In this document: piece by piece, positions 13,867 through 28,303 of the stretch
Layout of the letters: every line of letters starts with the position of its first letter
How positions within the stretch are numbered: the stretch's first letter is position 1
Source: Eledone cirrhosa
Taxonomy: Eukaryota
Direction: 5' to 3'
NCBI GenBank assembly: GCA_964016885.1
Contig: OZ024740.1
Location: forward strand, 216,256,001-216,320,000
Length of the DNA stretch: 64,000 bases
Notes under the pieces: generated by a model
Databases searched by the model: none
Seen by the model: the letters and a program-made list of their open reading frames with translations, nothing else
What the model was told of the DNA's origin: nothing
Translations under genes and position numbers: made by a program

Positions 13867-14062
13867 TAGGAAAAGAGTCAGGAACCCCGACGGCTGAGCT
13901 CCGGCCGTTTCGACAGCTAGTTCGGATCTAGCTGTCGAAACGGCCGGAGCTCAGCCGTCGGGGGTCCTGACTCTTTTCTTATTACCCACTCTACTACCCT
14001 AAGTATTGAGTATTCTGGTGCCTTATGGTCCACCTGGTATATTACCACATCCTCTTTGTTAC
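13867..14062 (+). mobile_element. fold-back element family B (half-hammerhead), copy 1
   Basis: Inverted arms 13867-13920 and 13928-13981, about 80-nt tail, TA tracts on both sides; GAAAC-GGC-loop-GCC-GTC at 13937-13959. Confidence 0.8.
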
Positions 14063-14819
14063 ATATATATACAAGTACATATATATTCGTCAAATAAACA
14101 TACATATAGAACTGGGTTTGAAAATGAGGGATGGATACGACCGTTTTCTCCTACCTATGTATGTTTTTTTGACAAACATATATATGTACTGGTATATATA
14201 TATGTGAGTGTGTATGTGTGTGTTGACAATTATGTAACCACGAAGATGACCGGGTGTTACCTATGCAAATCTACATCAACAATTCGTCTCACCCAACTGT
14301 GTGTATATACTCCTATTTTTGTCGTTTAGAACATGGAAAACATTTGTCTCTGTTCTTCTTGTATTATATATATATATAGTGACTGTGTAACCGCTGAAAA
14401 ATAAACTATTTTGTTGTATCTTTTGTGTTTTCAAAACCGTAACTATGTTCACCAAGTTTTTCACACTTTAAGATGTCAACAAGTGTGAATTATTTGATGA
14501 AAGTAGGAAATTATATATATCTTGTCTTCTTCTGTGATATCTGTTATAGAATAATGAAGGGAAAAGTAAAAACAAAGCTGTCACTTACTTTCTCTGTATT
14601 TCTTCCTAAGGTCGGCGTGGACACCTTTAACAACGCCAGCTAGTCGTAAATGTTGTTGTTTTTTCTCATTAGTTGCTATTACTGTCTTTTCCTTAATGGG
14701 AGAAGACATGTTGTTATTGTTATTCTAATTATTGTTGTTGTCGTTATTTGCGGTAAACAAAAACATCCACATAGAAACATGACATAAAGATCCAATGTTT
14801 GGCAGAAATCAGCTGGGAG

Positions 14820-14915
14820 TATAGCGGAAGTAAGTCAATGCCGACACTTCCGGTTTCCACACACAGCGCCCTCTCTCGACAACACGTGCAATTGAGGGAA
14901 ATGTCGTCTGCTTTA
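14820..14915. promoter_or_regulatory. promoter-like motif cluster
   Basis: ETS-type gcggaagt (14824) and acttccgg (14846), CTCF-like cagcgccctct (14864), E-box cacgtg (14883), locally CpG-rich. Confidence 0.4.
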
Positions 14916-15972
14916 GGTTTTATTGTTTTTTTATTATTATTTCTATGTTTGGAAGAATGTTTTCAGTGTTAACCCGAGAATACACCGATGTGACATTCAG
15001 TTTCTATTGTCAAATTTTATATAATGCTGCGAAATTCAGTGAATAATTTATATAAAAGAAATAGTTTGTCTTAAAATAAAAGTATCGTCTGCTTTACACA
15101 ATTTTGTGTTTGGAAGAAATTTCTTCAATGTTATTCCGAGAAAACACCAATACGAGGAATTTGCATTGAGTTTTTTTGTGATGTTTTATATGATAAAGAA
15201 TATAAAGTAATTCATATATATATATGGAGAAAATAATTTGTCTTAAAATAAACAGTCACTCGTGGAAGACAAGATAAATATTTACTTGAAACTAATTAAA
15301 ATGACTTCGGGAAAATATTTTTGTAAGTATTCATTTTTGTATCAACAAAAACATTTAGTTATATATAAGGAGTAGAAGTAAATATTTAAAACAAAAATTA
15401 CAATCTTACCACGTTTATTTTATTTTCGACTTTTTTTTTTTGGTTAATATTAAAACTCTTAAAGTTCATAAAATACTCAATTTTTTTTTTCACTTCATAT
15501 AGCAACAAATATCGGTGTGAAAATATATTTAAAAAATAATGAAAACAACAATAGAAAACTATTGGAAAACATTTACCGTGTATTAGTATTTTTTTTTCTT
15601 TTGAAAATAAATTCATATTAAAAAAGTATTAAAACTTTAATTTGAAGTTCAAAGTACGATTATTTAATGTTTTAATTTTAATTACAATTATTAAAAATAT
15701 TTTCAATAAACTTTATTAATTGCTTACGGTATATATAAACATAATTATTTGTATATTTTAATATCTTGGTGGATCTTATATTTTTATTCCATCCTCTTAC
15801 TTCGATAATATTATATGTATGGTTTGTTTATTGTGGTAATTAATTCCACAGTAAAATAAACCTGGAAAAAATAGACAGCTACAAAAAGAAAGGGAAACAG
15901 GTAAAAGTATTTATTTATTATTTCGTTTTTTTTCCCCCCTAGTTCAATTTTATTAAAACTTTCATTTAAAAG

Positions 15973-16008
<36 letters not shown>

Positions 16009-16057
16009 ACAAAGTTATATATATTATAGTCAGCAAAATCAAAAAGAAATCAACATT

Positions 16058-16119
<62 letters not shown>

Positions 16120-16208
16120 GCTAGAAGTACGCACACACAGACACAGAGAGCGACTAAAAGCTTGCGTCTGCCATTGTTTGTTATTTTCTGTTTACTCAGC
16201 AGGTGCTT

Positions 16209-16218
16209 GTGACGTCAC
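16209..16218. promoter_or_regulatory. full CRE palindrome
   Basis: gtgacgtcac in a TE-free, CpG-containing stretch. Confidence 0.35.
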
Positions 16219-16590
16219 GCGGGAGAGACGTATTACTGCTTTTAATAACAATGTGGCATGGCGCAATCAGTAAAATAGTGCCAATGTAACACTGCCGGCT
16301 TTTTTGAAAAAAAAACCAATCGACTTTTTCTTTTGCCAAAATGATTGCGAAGGAAAAGTAGCTGTGGCCGTAAAACACTGCCAGAAAAGTTCAATTTTCT
16401 TTGCTTTTCTTCGTAAAACATTGCCACAATAGTAGTATGGAGCTTTTTTCTAAGCAAATAGCCATTTCTACATTTCTCAATTTGATTGTTTTTCTTCCTT
16501 CTATTTCTTATTCTTTCTCTCTCACATTTTTTGTACTTCACTGAATACCTTTGTTCACTTATATATACATACCAGTATTGTATACACTAT

Positions 16591-16633
<43 letters not shown>

Positions 16634-17659
16634 GCAGACATCTATCAGTGCGCGCATGTGTTTGTTATGGAGGTGTCTGTTTGTTTATGTGAGTAACATT
16701 ATGTCTGCCAGTGTGTGTGTTTGTAACCTCTCTCTCTGTTTATGTGTATGTGTGTGCGTGCGTGCGACAGCGTATGGGTATATTTTTATTTACGATTGTG
16801 ATGCGGTCCCTAAGTGTTGTCTTTCAAGCCTGAAAATTTTTACCGATTTCCAGGCAGGAAAGACCGGCGAATGTACTTGGCTTAGCTTTTAGAGGTGAGT
16901 GACAAATACACTTTTATTTCGTCGCCTTTTTTCCCACACCCCTCATACTTTTTCATTTTACTTGGACACTTTGGAATTTATTTTTTATTATTTTTTTTCT
17001 TCTTTTCTTCACTTACACACACACAAAAAAGGTCCTCAATCCAATCTTAGTTACGTTTTTTTTTTTTTTATCTTGTTGCTGAAGAAGTGAGAGCTTGCTT
17101 GTTTACTTGACAAATGCTTCTCAATCACCGTGCATAGTAAATGAGGAGAGACATTGTCTTTTTTTCCCCTCTATCTACGTGTGTGCGTAAAATCTTGCAG
17201 TGGTTAGCGATGTTCATTCTAAAGCTACTGCTGTTCTATAGTTAATTAAAGGACCACTAAACCAAGTGGACAGCCGTATGAGGGGTTCTCTCTTAACTTG
17301 ACAGACAAGAGATGGAAAAAAAAAAAAAAAAAAGGGGGGGTCTAACAAGGACTTATTTATTACTTTCTAAAATATTTATAGTTATGTATTGTTGCATTTG
17401 TGGAGTCCATTATAACTCATAAACATTATTATTTCGCGGGTTACTTTTTTTTCCTCTAGTTTTTAATGGAAAAAAAAAAAATGTTACCTCGTAAACACGG
17501 AACCAGCCCAATGTCGTCTCGGACAGTTTGTGGACGACAGCAGAAATGTCTTTTAATCGCAATATCTAAGGACAACTCTTACTGTTTTATTTACATTTTC
17601 AAAAAGCTGACAGTGCGCCTTTTGCTGTCAATCCTTGCACACAAAACTTCTGCAAGGGG

Positions 17660-18516
17660 ACACATCACATATATACATACAGTCACTTATGTACACACAC
17701 ATATATATATATATTTATATATATACACACATCATATATATACATAGTCACTTATGTACAGGCACACACACACACACACACATATATATTTATATATATA
17801 CACACATCATATATATACATACACTCACTTATGTACACACACACACATATATATATATATATACACACACATCATATATATATACATACACTCACTTATG
17901 TACACACATATATATATATATATACACACATCACATATATACATATACTCACTTATGTATATATATATATACATACTCACTTATGTACACATATATATAT
18001 ATATACACACACATCACATATATACATACACTCACTTATGTACACACACATATATATATATATATATACATACACTCACTTATGTACATATATATATATA
18101 TACACACATACATCAGATATACACACACATCACATACACACACACACATCACATATATATAAATGCACTCATATATACACATACATCACATATGTACACA
18201 CAAACATATATATATACACATACGTCACAAATATATATATATATATATACACACTACATATATTTACACACATACATCACATATTTACATACATATATAT
18301 ATACACACACATACATCACATATATATACATACATACATCACATATATATACACACACACATACATCACATATATACACACACATACATCACATATATAT
18401 ATACACACACAGCACATATACACGAACATACATCACATATATATACACATATACATCACATATATATACACGCACATATATCACATACACACATATATAT
18501 ACACACATACATCACA
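17660..18516. repeat. compound (CA)/(TA) micro/minisatellite
   Basis: Repeats of cactcacttatgtacacac and catacatcacatatat. Confidence 0.9.
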
Positions 18517-18610
18517 TTCCAGAAGCATGCTTTTTCGATAACCATGTGCTTGTGATGTTGCACATCAAAACATATCGAAGTCTCCTCCTTATCTCCTATA
18601 AACCTCTTCT

Positions 18611-18808
18611 GGGTAATCTTTCGTTTTAGGTACGTAAATAAAAAAAATCGAGAAAAACAAAAATTTATTTCAAAAGAAGCGAAATCTCAGAGGAATATAT
18701 CACAAAGTATAATAACACTAACATTTAAACTGACGGAAACCGAAACTTAGTGAAATTTAAACATATTCGCAAAGTTTTATTTCACGTACCTAAAACGAAA
18801 GATTGCCC
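18611..18808. mobile_element. MITE with about 33-bp TIRs and a TSD (possibly Merlin-type)
   Basis: gggtaatctttcgttttaggtacgtaaataaaa and ttttatttcacgtacctaaaacgaaagattgccc; tcttct duplicated on both flanks. Confidence 0.8.
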
Positions 18809-19470
18809 TCTTCTATTAACTCTGATTCTAACTTGACAAACTAACAGCAAATATTACAACATATTTTTTCTTATTGTTGTTCAATTTTATTTCATGTTGC
18901 CTGAATAGGTTTCAAAACACTTTTCAAATGAAGTGTGTACTCGAACCTCTTTTAAAAATAACTTAAGTAATTCCCCTATACAACAGAATTACTTCATTCA
19001 TAATAAATATTGGTAGACAAGAAGAGTTTTCAACAAAGTCTACAACTATTTTCCACACCAACTAATTGAATTGCGGCTTTTTTTTTTTTTTCTAAATATT
19101 TTTCCAACTTAGAAAATATATTATGACATTTACTAAACATTCACAAACTTTACACAATTATTTTTTTCATTTTCCTCTTTTGATTTCGTTAGAATATAAT
19201 TTTATTGGAAAAGGAATGGTTTACAATTATTTTAACATATTTGCAGCAACGAAATTTCAAGACATTAATTAACATAAAAAGTTTATTTATTGTTTCAATA
19301 ACTATTTTAGAAGTAATGTGTGTGTCTATAAGGGAAAGTTTATATGTATGTGTGTGTGTGTGTGTAAGGGTAAGTTTATATGTGTATGTGTATGTGTAAA
19401 GGAAAGCTTGTGTGTGTGTGTGTGTGTAAAGGAAAGCTTATATATATATGTGTGTGCGTAAGGGAAAGCT

Positions 19471-19505
<35 letters not shown>

Positions 19506-20072
19506 AAGGGAAAGCTTATACCACGACGCAGTTTTTCTTGCCCGGTTAAAATTCCTATTTACTTCAGTGGAATTATTATTATTACTCCTAAGAAGGCCAT
19601 CAATGCCACAACTTCACACCATCTTCTTCACCAAATATAGGGCTCACTTTCTGTGGTCCAGGGCACTATTACAATTGTACAATGTTGTTCATATATAATA
19701 ACGACGACCAAGTAGTTTTAGCCACATTTGCTCGTCAATTTTCACCATCTAAAACCTCTCAAACTAGAGTGTATATATACTGTACACATACACACATGCG
19801 TATATTAGTGTGTTTGCATGATAGTATGTATATTACACAAATGAGCACACATCTGTCTATTTGCCTAATAGCATGCATTCTCTCTACACACAAAACATGC
19901 TTGCATGTATTGTTTTTGTATATTAGTATTATACTACACACACACACTCAAATATGCGTGTATTTGTCTACATAACAGTATTCATGTATATTGTACACAC
20001 ACGCACACATGCATTTATGTATGTATGTGTAGTAGACACACACGTGCGTATGTTTGAGTGTGTTTACATGAT

Positions 20073-20178
20073 CCCGCCGAGGTTAACTTTGCCTTTCACC
20101 CTTACGGGGTCGATAAAATAAAGTACCAGTGATGTACTGAGATAATTGCTGGCCTTGTGCCAAATATAGAAACAATTA
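20073..20178 (+). mobile_element. Nin/Deu-type SINE, 5'-truncated
   Basis: cccgccgaggttaactttgcctttcacccttacggggtcgataaaataaagtaccag. Confidence 0.75.
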
Positions 20179-20194
20179 TGTATATATTATACAG

Positions 20195-20830
20195 TACATA
20201 CACACAAATCATGCGTGTATTTGTGTGTTTACATGATAATGTGTATACATATACACTACATACACCAATCATGCGTGTATTTGTGTGTTTACATGATAAT
20301 GTGTATACATATACACTACATACACCAATCATGCGTGTATTTGTGTTTACATGATAATGTGTATATATAGACAAATCATACGTGTATTTGTGTTTACATG
20401 ATAATGTGTATATATACACTACATACACAAATGCGTGTATTTGTGTTTACATGATAATGTGTATATATAGACAAATCATACGTCTATTTGTGTTTACATG
20501 ATAATGTGTATATATACACTACATAACAAATAATGCGTGTATTTGTGTTTACATGATAATGTGTATATATACACTACATAGACAAATCATGCGTGTATTT
20601 GTGTTTACATGATAATGTGTATATATACACTACATAGACAAATCATGCGTGTATTTGTGTTTACATGATAATGTGTATATATATACTACATACACAAATC
20701 ATGCGTGTATTTGTGTTTACATGATAATGTGTATATATACACTACATAGACAAATCATGCGTGTATTTGTGTGTTTACATATGTATATATATATATATAT
20801 ATACACACTATATACACTACATACACACAA
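20195..20830. repeat. about 60-bp minisatellite
   Basis: Unit aatcatgcgtgtatttgtgtttacatgataatgtgtatatatacactacata. Confidence 0.9.
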
Positions 20831-21049
20831 ATTATGCATGTATTTGTGTGCAGCTATTTTCCTTTCTTTTTCATCGAGGCAATGAAAGACTAATATTGAA
20901 CGTTGTTTTATATTCTCCACTTCTAAATAAATGTCTTTCTTCTAACTCTTCCGCCAAGTTGGGGCAAACCATTTCTTTCCTTGGAACTTTATTCAACTTG
21001 TCATCATCTGTTGGTGAACTCCACAATGACAGCTTTACTAAGACGTCTT

Positions 21050-22520
21050 CACACACACACACGTCTACATTCACATCCGCACACACACACACCTGTCTAC
21101 ACGTACACACACAAACCTACATTCACATCTGCATACACGCACATGTCTACACCTACACACACAGGCCTACACTCACGTCTGCACTCACACGCACATCTAC
21201 ACGTACACACACGCACATGTCTACACGTACACACACAAGCCTACATTTACATCTGCACACACGCACGTCTACACGTACACACAGAGGCCTACACTCACGT
21301 CTGCACACACACACACGCACATGTCTACACCTACACTCACGTCTGCACACACACGCACATGTCTACACGTACACACACAGGCCTACACTCACCTCCGCAC
21401 ACACACGCACATGTCTACGTACACACACAGGCCTACATTCACATCTGCACATACGCACATGTCTACACGTACACACACAGGCTTACATTCACGTCTACAC
21501 GTACACACACAGGCCTACACTCACCTCCACACATATACACGTACCTGTATACACGTACACACACAGACCTACAGCCACATCCGCACACACGCGTACCTGT
21601 CTACACGTACACACACAAGCCTACACCCACAACCGCGCACACACGTACCTGTCTACACGTACACACACAGGCCTACACTCACCTCCCCACACACGTACAC
21701 ACACAAGCCTACACCCACGTCTGCACACACACGCACGTCTACACGTACACACAGGCCTACACTCACCTCCGCACACACACGTACACGTCTGCACACACGC
21801 ACATGTCTACACGTACATACACAGGCCTACACTCACCTCCGCACACACGTACACGTACACGCACAAGTCTACACCCACGTCTGCACACACGCACATGTCT
21901 ACACGTACACACACAGGCCTACACTCACCTCCGCACACACGTACACGTACACGCACAAGTCTACACCCACGTCTGCACACACGCACATGTCTACACGTAC
22001 ACACACAGGCCTACACTCATCTCCGCACACACGTACACGTACACGTCTGCACACACACACATGTCTACACGCACACACACAGGCCTACACTCACCTCCGC
22101 ACACACACGTACACGCACATGTCTACACCCACGTCTGCACACACGCACATGTCTACACGTACACACACAGGCCTACACTCACCTCCGCACACACGTACAC
22201 GTACAAGTCTACACCCACGTCTGCACACACGCACATGTCTACACGTACACACACAGGCCTACACTCATCTCCGCACACACGTACACGTACACGTCTGCAC
22301 ACACGCACATGTCTACACGCACACACACAGGCCTACACTCACCTCCGCACACACACGTACACGCACATGTCTACACCCACGTCTGCACACACACGCACAT
22401 GTCTACACGTGCACACACACGCCTACACTCACCTCCGCACACACACGTACACGCACATGTCTACACCCACGTCTGCACACACACGCACATGTCTACACGT
22501 GCACACACACGCCTACACTC
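21050..22520. repeat. CA-rich degenerate minisatellite
   Basis: Modules gtctacacgtacacacacaggcctacactcacctccgcac; stop-free, which explains the 428-659 aa pseudo-ORFs. Confidence 0.9.
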
Positions 22521-22702
22521 GCATATGCAGACAGACACACACACATCCACGCATACAGACATAAACACACACACTCCTATACACATGCACACGCGCGTCT
22601 ACACTGACACATGTATATTGACACACACACACTCCTACATACATGCACTCAATACCAATTCGTTCAGTTATGTTGCATATTTTGGAACGGTTATGGAGAG
22701 GT

Positions 22703-22735
<33 letters not shown>

Positions 22736-22791
22736 AATAGATATACACACACACACATATAGGTACATACATATATATATATGTAGGTACA

Positions 22792-22917
<126 letters not shown>

Positions 22918-22938
22918 CAGGTACATGTATATATATAT

Positions 22939-23139
22939 GAAAAAGTATGACCCCGACGGCAGAGCTCAAGCCGTTTCGACGGCTATTTCTGGACACATCT
23001 GTCCTGAAATAGCCGTCAAAACGGCTTGAGCTCTGCCGTCGGCGTCATACTTTTTACTATTTCCCACTCTACTACCCTAAGTATTGAGTAGTCTGGTGCA
23101 TTATGGTCCATCTGGTTCCTTACCACAATTCCTTTGTTA
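22939..23139 (+). mobile_element. fold-back element family B, copy 2
   Basis: Inverted arms around ggacacatctgtcc, same tail as 13867, TA flanks. Confidence 0.8.
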
Positions 23140-23907
23140 TATATATATATATACATATACAGTCATGGATAGCATCAAAGAGGTACATGTACAGACATAG
23201 ATATACACTAATCCAGAAGTAGATGTGCACAGGTAGCCATGCTAGCATGGAAAATGGACGTTAAACGATGATGATGCATCATAATACCAGTAATACAGAC
23301 ATATGCTTGCACTCACACACATATACACATGCAATTGCAGACAGCCATTTGCAAACATGCACAGATGTAAACTATCTCACAGACACAAACATGTACCCTC
23401 ACACACAAACACACAAATGTACTCTCACGCACACACATACACAGACATTCACTCACACACACACACGCACTTGCAGACACACACATACATGCACTTGCAG
23501 ACATCCATTCACAAACATAAACATGCACACACACATTCACTCACACAGACAGTCATGCACTCCCACATGCAGATATTCTCTCACACACAGACACAGACAT
23601 GCTCTCCACACACACACACACACACTCACGCTCTCCACACACACAGACACAGACATGCCCTCCTCACACATACAGATATTCCCTTCCACACACACACACA
23701 TACATGCCCTCCACACACACACATACATGCTCTCCACGCACACATACATGCCCTCCTCACACACACATAAATGCCCTCCTCACACACACATACATGCCCT
23801 CCACACACACATACACACCCTCCACACACACACATGCACACAGACATAGACATACACATACACCGACATGTAATGTCGATATAAGAAATGGATCCATTTA
23901 GGTAGGA

Positions 23908-24375
23908 CTAGCATTAAAGCCCGGCGTTGCTCGGGGTCAGTAAGTTACCAAAGTTAGGTTGCACCACCCATTTTATGGCAGCACTTTTTTGTCTGCCAGG
24001 CACTGGGTGAATGAATTGCAGACCTGGACTGCCGAAGCAGGAGCTGCGCCAGCAGTGACAATTGTAGTTTCACCTATGGATATTATCTCTGTGCAAAGAA
24101 GTGTTGAAATTTATTGTTTCACAGTACTTGCGCAACACGCGCGTAGACGATGCCAGCTGAACAACAGAGCTGCGATAGAGTTGTTCTGCATGGTTGTCTA
24201 ATGTGTGATTATTTCCGTAATTGTGTGAGTTTGAATGAAATAAATAGTCGTTGACCTAAGTTAAACCATTTACAACATTCTTACAGACTTTGAGTCGAAT
24301 CGGTTTGAAATTGTGCAAATGTATAAACATGGAACATGCACGCACACACAACAACAACAATCTGCCTTTTATAGA
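23908..24375 (-). mobile_element. non-autonomous Helitron-like element
   Basis: Minus strand starts TC (tctataaaaggcaga), ends with hairpin cccgagcaacgccggg then gCTAG, inserted between A and T. Confidence 0.7.
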
Positions 24376-25079
24376 TAATGATTAACTACTTAATTGTGGA
24401 TTACACCTCAAATACATACACTTGGCCTGCTAAAAATGGTAGCCAATTTCACCTCAAATAATACCTTACTGTTTTAAAACAAACACATTGGATAATATTG
24501 ATCAATGTTGAGGTAAACCTTACTGGAATACCTCTTGGTGATAAGTCTGAGTGGTCAGGGTCAAATTGTGTCTAAACCACAAGCTATATATATCATCATC
24601 ATATGTCCACTGTCCCTGCTGGTAAGGGTTGGACAGGTCTACATAGACCAAGTCAGTACTGAAGTGGGGCTACTAGCCTCTCAGACAGGCCGATGGGTCT
24701 GCATCTCACTTATGTACAGTTTTACATTCAGGCAAGGTTGTCATGTCTTTGATACAGCTGAAGGGTTCTTCCAACCCTTTGTTGGGAAGGCTTTTACAGC
24801 TGGATGCCCTTCCTATCATAATCACATATGTAACATATCCATGTACATTAATGTAAAACTGCACACATGCATGTCTGCATAACTGCACACACGCCTACAT
24901 AAACACATGCATGTATCTACATAACTGTGTGCAATGGCTATGTCACTTCAAACACACATATGACTATATAATAATGCACTTACATACACACATCTGTATA
25001 TAACATACATTTACACTGCATGTTGTTTTACTGCTTTCTACTCCTGTGTATCTGCCACATACAAAGTCTACCTTTTCTG

Positions 25080-26200
25080 TCAGTCTGCCTGTAATCCCAC
25101 TACACCTGTCCAAAGGATGGTGACACTGGGATACAATATGAATTTTTACCTTCCTTTACTGCATATCAAGAAGGGCCAACTTAACTAATGGTATCAAGGT
25201 CCTTTATCCTTTTATGATTACAGTTACTTTGGTCTTGCTTAAGTTTACACTCTTGGTTTCCATGTCTGGAATTTCCTCTCTTTAACTAACTTTTCTAGAG
25301 ATTTACCTATAAAAGCTAGGTCATTTGTGTGTAGAAGTTCTCGTGGGCAGACAGTATCGAACTACTGTTATTGACTGGAGGATTATTATAAAGAAGAAGG
25401 CTGAGATCTGAGCCTTGATTGATTCCTCCTGCCTTACATGCTAAATTCATCACTATGTTCATTCATAACACTTTGCTGACTCTGCAGTCCTTACAAACCA
25501 TTCATCTAACACTAGTTTCCTTACAACTATCACATAGAGCATTGAACCCTATCAACAGCCTTCTCCAGATTGATAAATTGCTGAGGGGTTAGGGGTTTAT
25601 TCCTAGCTAAATGTTGTCTCGCTAGAAAGATGGCATCGTCAGTGTCAAACTGCATCGCCTCAACTATATTTTCTCATCAATGTCATGAAATCCTTTTCCA
25701 TTACTTTCATAACCTGGCCCAGCAATTTGATGCCTCTTTAGTTGCTTTGCATCAGTGCGCCATCTTTGTTCCTTTTGCAGTTGATATTGCTACTGCTGCT
25801 GCTACTACACCTGTTAATGGGTATGACATTGTCCTGTATTACCTGATAGCTAGCCTGTGCTCTACTCTATCAGATATTTTAAGAATCTTAGAAACTATTC
25901 CTGATGGACTAACTGTCTTCATTATTTTCATATCTCTAATTGCTCTAGAGACAATACTGTTTTCAAATAAAATGGCAGGTTCTTCTGTTATATCTATCCA
26001 TATTTAGTACCACAATCCTCTACCGCTAACCATCTGCCTGACCCCATGAGATGCTTAGTTGACATATGCCTCTCTCATTTACCATTACCCATATCTGCTT
26101 TTGTCCTTATACAATACCATCAACTACCACTATCATTCTCTTTCTGGATAAGAGACTTAGCAGACATGGGCCACTCTCACCACCATGCTTCACAGTTGCT
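25080..26200 (-). pseudogene. heavily decayed RTE-clade LINE reverse transcriptase
   Basis: Minus-strand remnants RGIKLLGQVMKVMEK, DAIFLAR, NLEKAVDRV, QGSDLS, CPRELLHTNDLAFI; many stops and frameshifts. Confidence 0.65.
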
Positions 26201-27748
26201 ATTTGCCATTCACTCCTACATGAATGCAAAACAGCATGAGTATTGTGATCAGATAGCTATAAGAATGTGTGATGGTTGGAGAGAATGGGTGGTGGATAGC
26301 AACATAGAAGTATGATGGTATAGGCCAGCTGTCATATGGGGATGACTGAATAATAAAGTGTGTTTACACTTGGCCCTTTTCACAGCAAGGCTTATAATTT
26401 AGAACAGTAGTTATACTTTAAATTTATCTGAAATTTTCTAATATACTATGTGTCCACATAAATATCTATTAAATTACATTGCAAATAGTATACATGTTAT
26501 GTAATATAGACTACTATTAGTTATGTTCTGGTTTATGTTTGATAAAACTAGTTTCATATCTTGGCCAAATGTTTCATTTTTTACCTAGTTTCTATGCTTG
26601 GATGCCTTTCCTCGTACCAACCACTTTACAGAGTTTACTAGATGAATCTTATCATGGCACCAACACTAGAGGGATTGTCATGTCTTCAATAAGACAATAC
26701 AATCTATGTTGCCTCTGTTCAATCACCAAACACATCAAAGAATCTACTGGGTGCATTATATTGTGTCATCAGCACAAGTGAAGTTGCTTATGCCTCACAT
26801 GGCTAAAGAGTCCTCTCTCCTTTATTGTCTTCATTCAGTTCAACCTGGTAAATATAAAAAATAGAAGAACCAAGGTGAAGAGAGTGTGGTGGAAGAAAAA
26901 AGGGTTGAAGAGGAGAGAGTAATAGAAGAAAGAGTGATGGTAGCTACATATTTTATATTGAGAGAGAAATCAAGTGATGCATAATAACAGATGGGCAATG
27001 GGTAGAAAAGTGACGGATGTTGATGAGTGGCCTAGAGGACAGTAACATTTGAGTCAATGAAAGCACATATTGAATATATTTGAGGCAATTTTTTCTACAT
27101 AGATATTTTGATGTTAAGAGAGGTTGAGTGCGAAGAATGATGGGTGCTGAGAGTATTGAATACACTCATCCACTGCCATCCCTCTTTAAAGTAAATAGGA
27201 CAAAGGGCAAGGAACTTAACAGGGAGAAATTGTGTGAGAGGAGTGACGGTGGGGTGTTCTGAAAAAATAGTAACCAGAGTAAGGATGGATGAAAAATTTT
27301 AGTGAGTTATTACCTCTGCTAATAAGAAAGGGGTTTATCTCTGAGATTGGGCAATGATTATCTGAAAAAAAAAAAAATGTAATTTATAGCGGACACCTAC
27401 CATAGGTTTAGTTGGCCTTCTACAAGTTTGCACCTTATATTGCCTAACTCAAGAACACCATAGACCACCCACTTGAAGAATTAAACCCATGACCTTACTA
27501 TCATGAGTCCAACATCCTAACCACTTGATGTTTATCCATTTGGATGAAAGAGTACAAATAAGTTGAGAAGAACTAAATGTAAGGAATAAGATATAACATG
27601 CATGAGTGGAGACTGTACTAGTACAGGTATTTGATGTATATGGAAGATGACAGTTGTATATAGAAATGTAGGACACTTGAGGTTGAACTATGATGTTTGG
27701 TGGAGCTGGGCCACTGACAGCGAAGTTCTTGTCATTGCTGGTGGCTTG

Positions 27749-28303
27749 CCTTACTGAGGTGTCAGGTGTGATGCCCATGAGGGTACCTGGTTATTTCAGC
27801 ATCTTAGCCTTGCCATCACCTCAGGTGATGTCTGTGAGGGTGCCTGATTGTTTCAGTGCCTTAGACTTGCCATCACTTCACCTTACTGAGGTGTCAGGTG
27901 TGATGCCCATGAGGGTACCTGGTTATTTCAGCACCTTAGCCTTGCCATCACCTCAGGTGATGTCTGTGAGGGTGCCTGATTGTTTCAGTGCCTTAGACTT
28001 GCCATCACTTCACCTTACTGAGGTGTCAGGTGTGATGCCCATGAGAGTACCTGGTTATTTCAGCACCTTAGCCTTGCCATCACTTCACCTTACTGAGGTG
28101 TCAGGTGATGTCTGTGAGGGTGCCTGGTTATTTCAGCACCTTAGCCTTGCCATCACATCGCCTTACTGAAGTGTCAGGTGATGTCTGTGAGGGTGCCTTA
28201 TTGTTTCAGCACCTTAGCCTTGCCATCACTTCACCTTACTGAGGTGTCAGGTGATGCCCGTGAGGGTGTCTGGTTATTTCAGCACCTTAGCCTTGCCATC
28301 ACC
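27749..28303. repeat. about 70-bp minisatellite inside a dispersed repeat
   Basis: Unit ccttactgaggtgtcaggtgatgcccatgagggtacctggttatttcagcaccttagccttgccatcacttca; flanks are homologous to 53790-53990. Confidence 0.9.

Noticed and set aside
18730-18755. Minimal hammerhead-like ctgacggaaaccgaaacttagtg inside the MITE
   Set aside because: The core lacks the GA of CUGANGA, the site would be GUG, and there is no helix I.
20761-22740. 659-, 527- and 428-aa His/Thr-rich ORFs
   Set aside because: All three frames are open only because the CA-rich minisatellite lacks stop codons; there is no domain signal.
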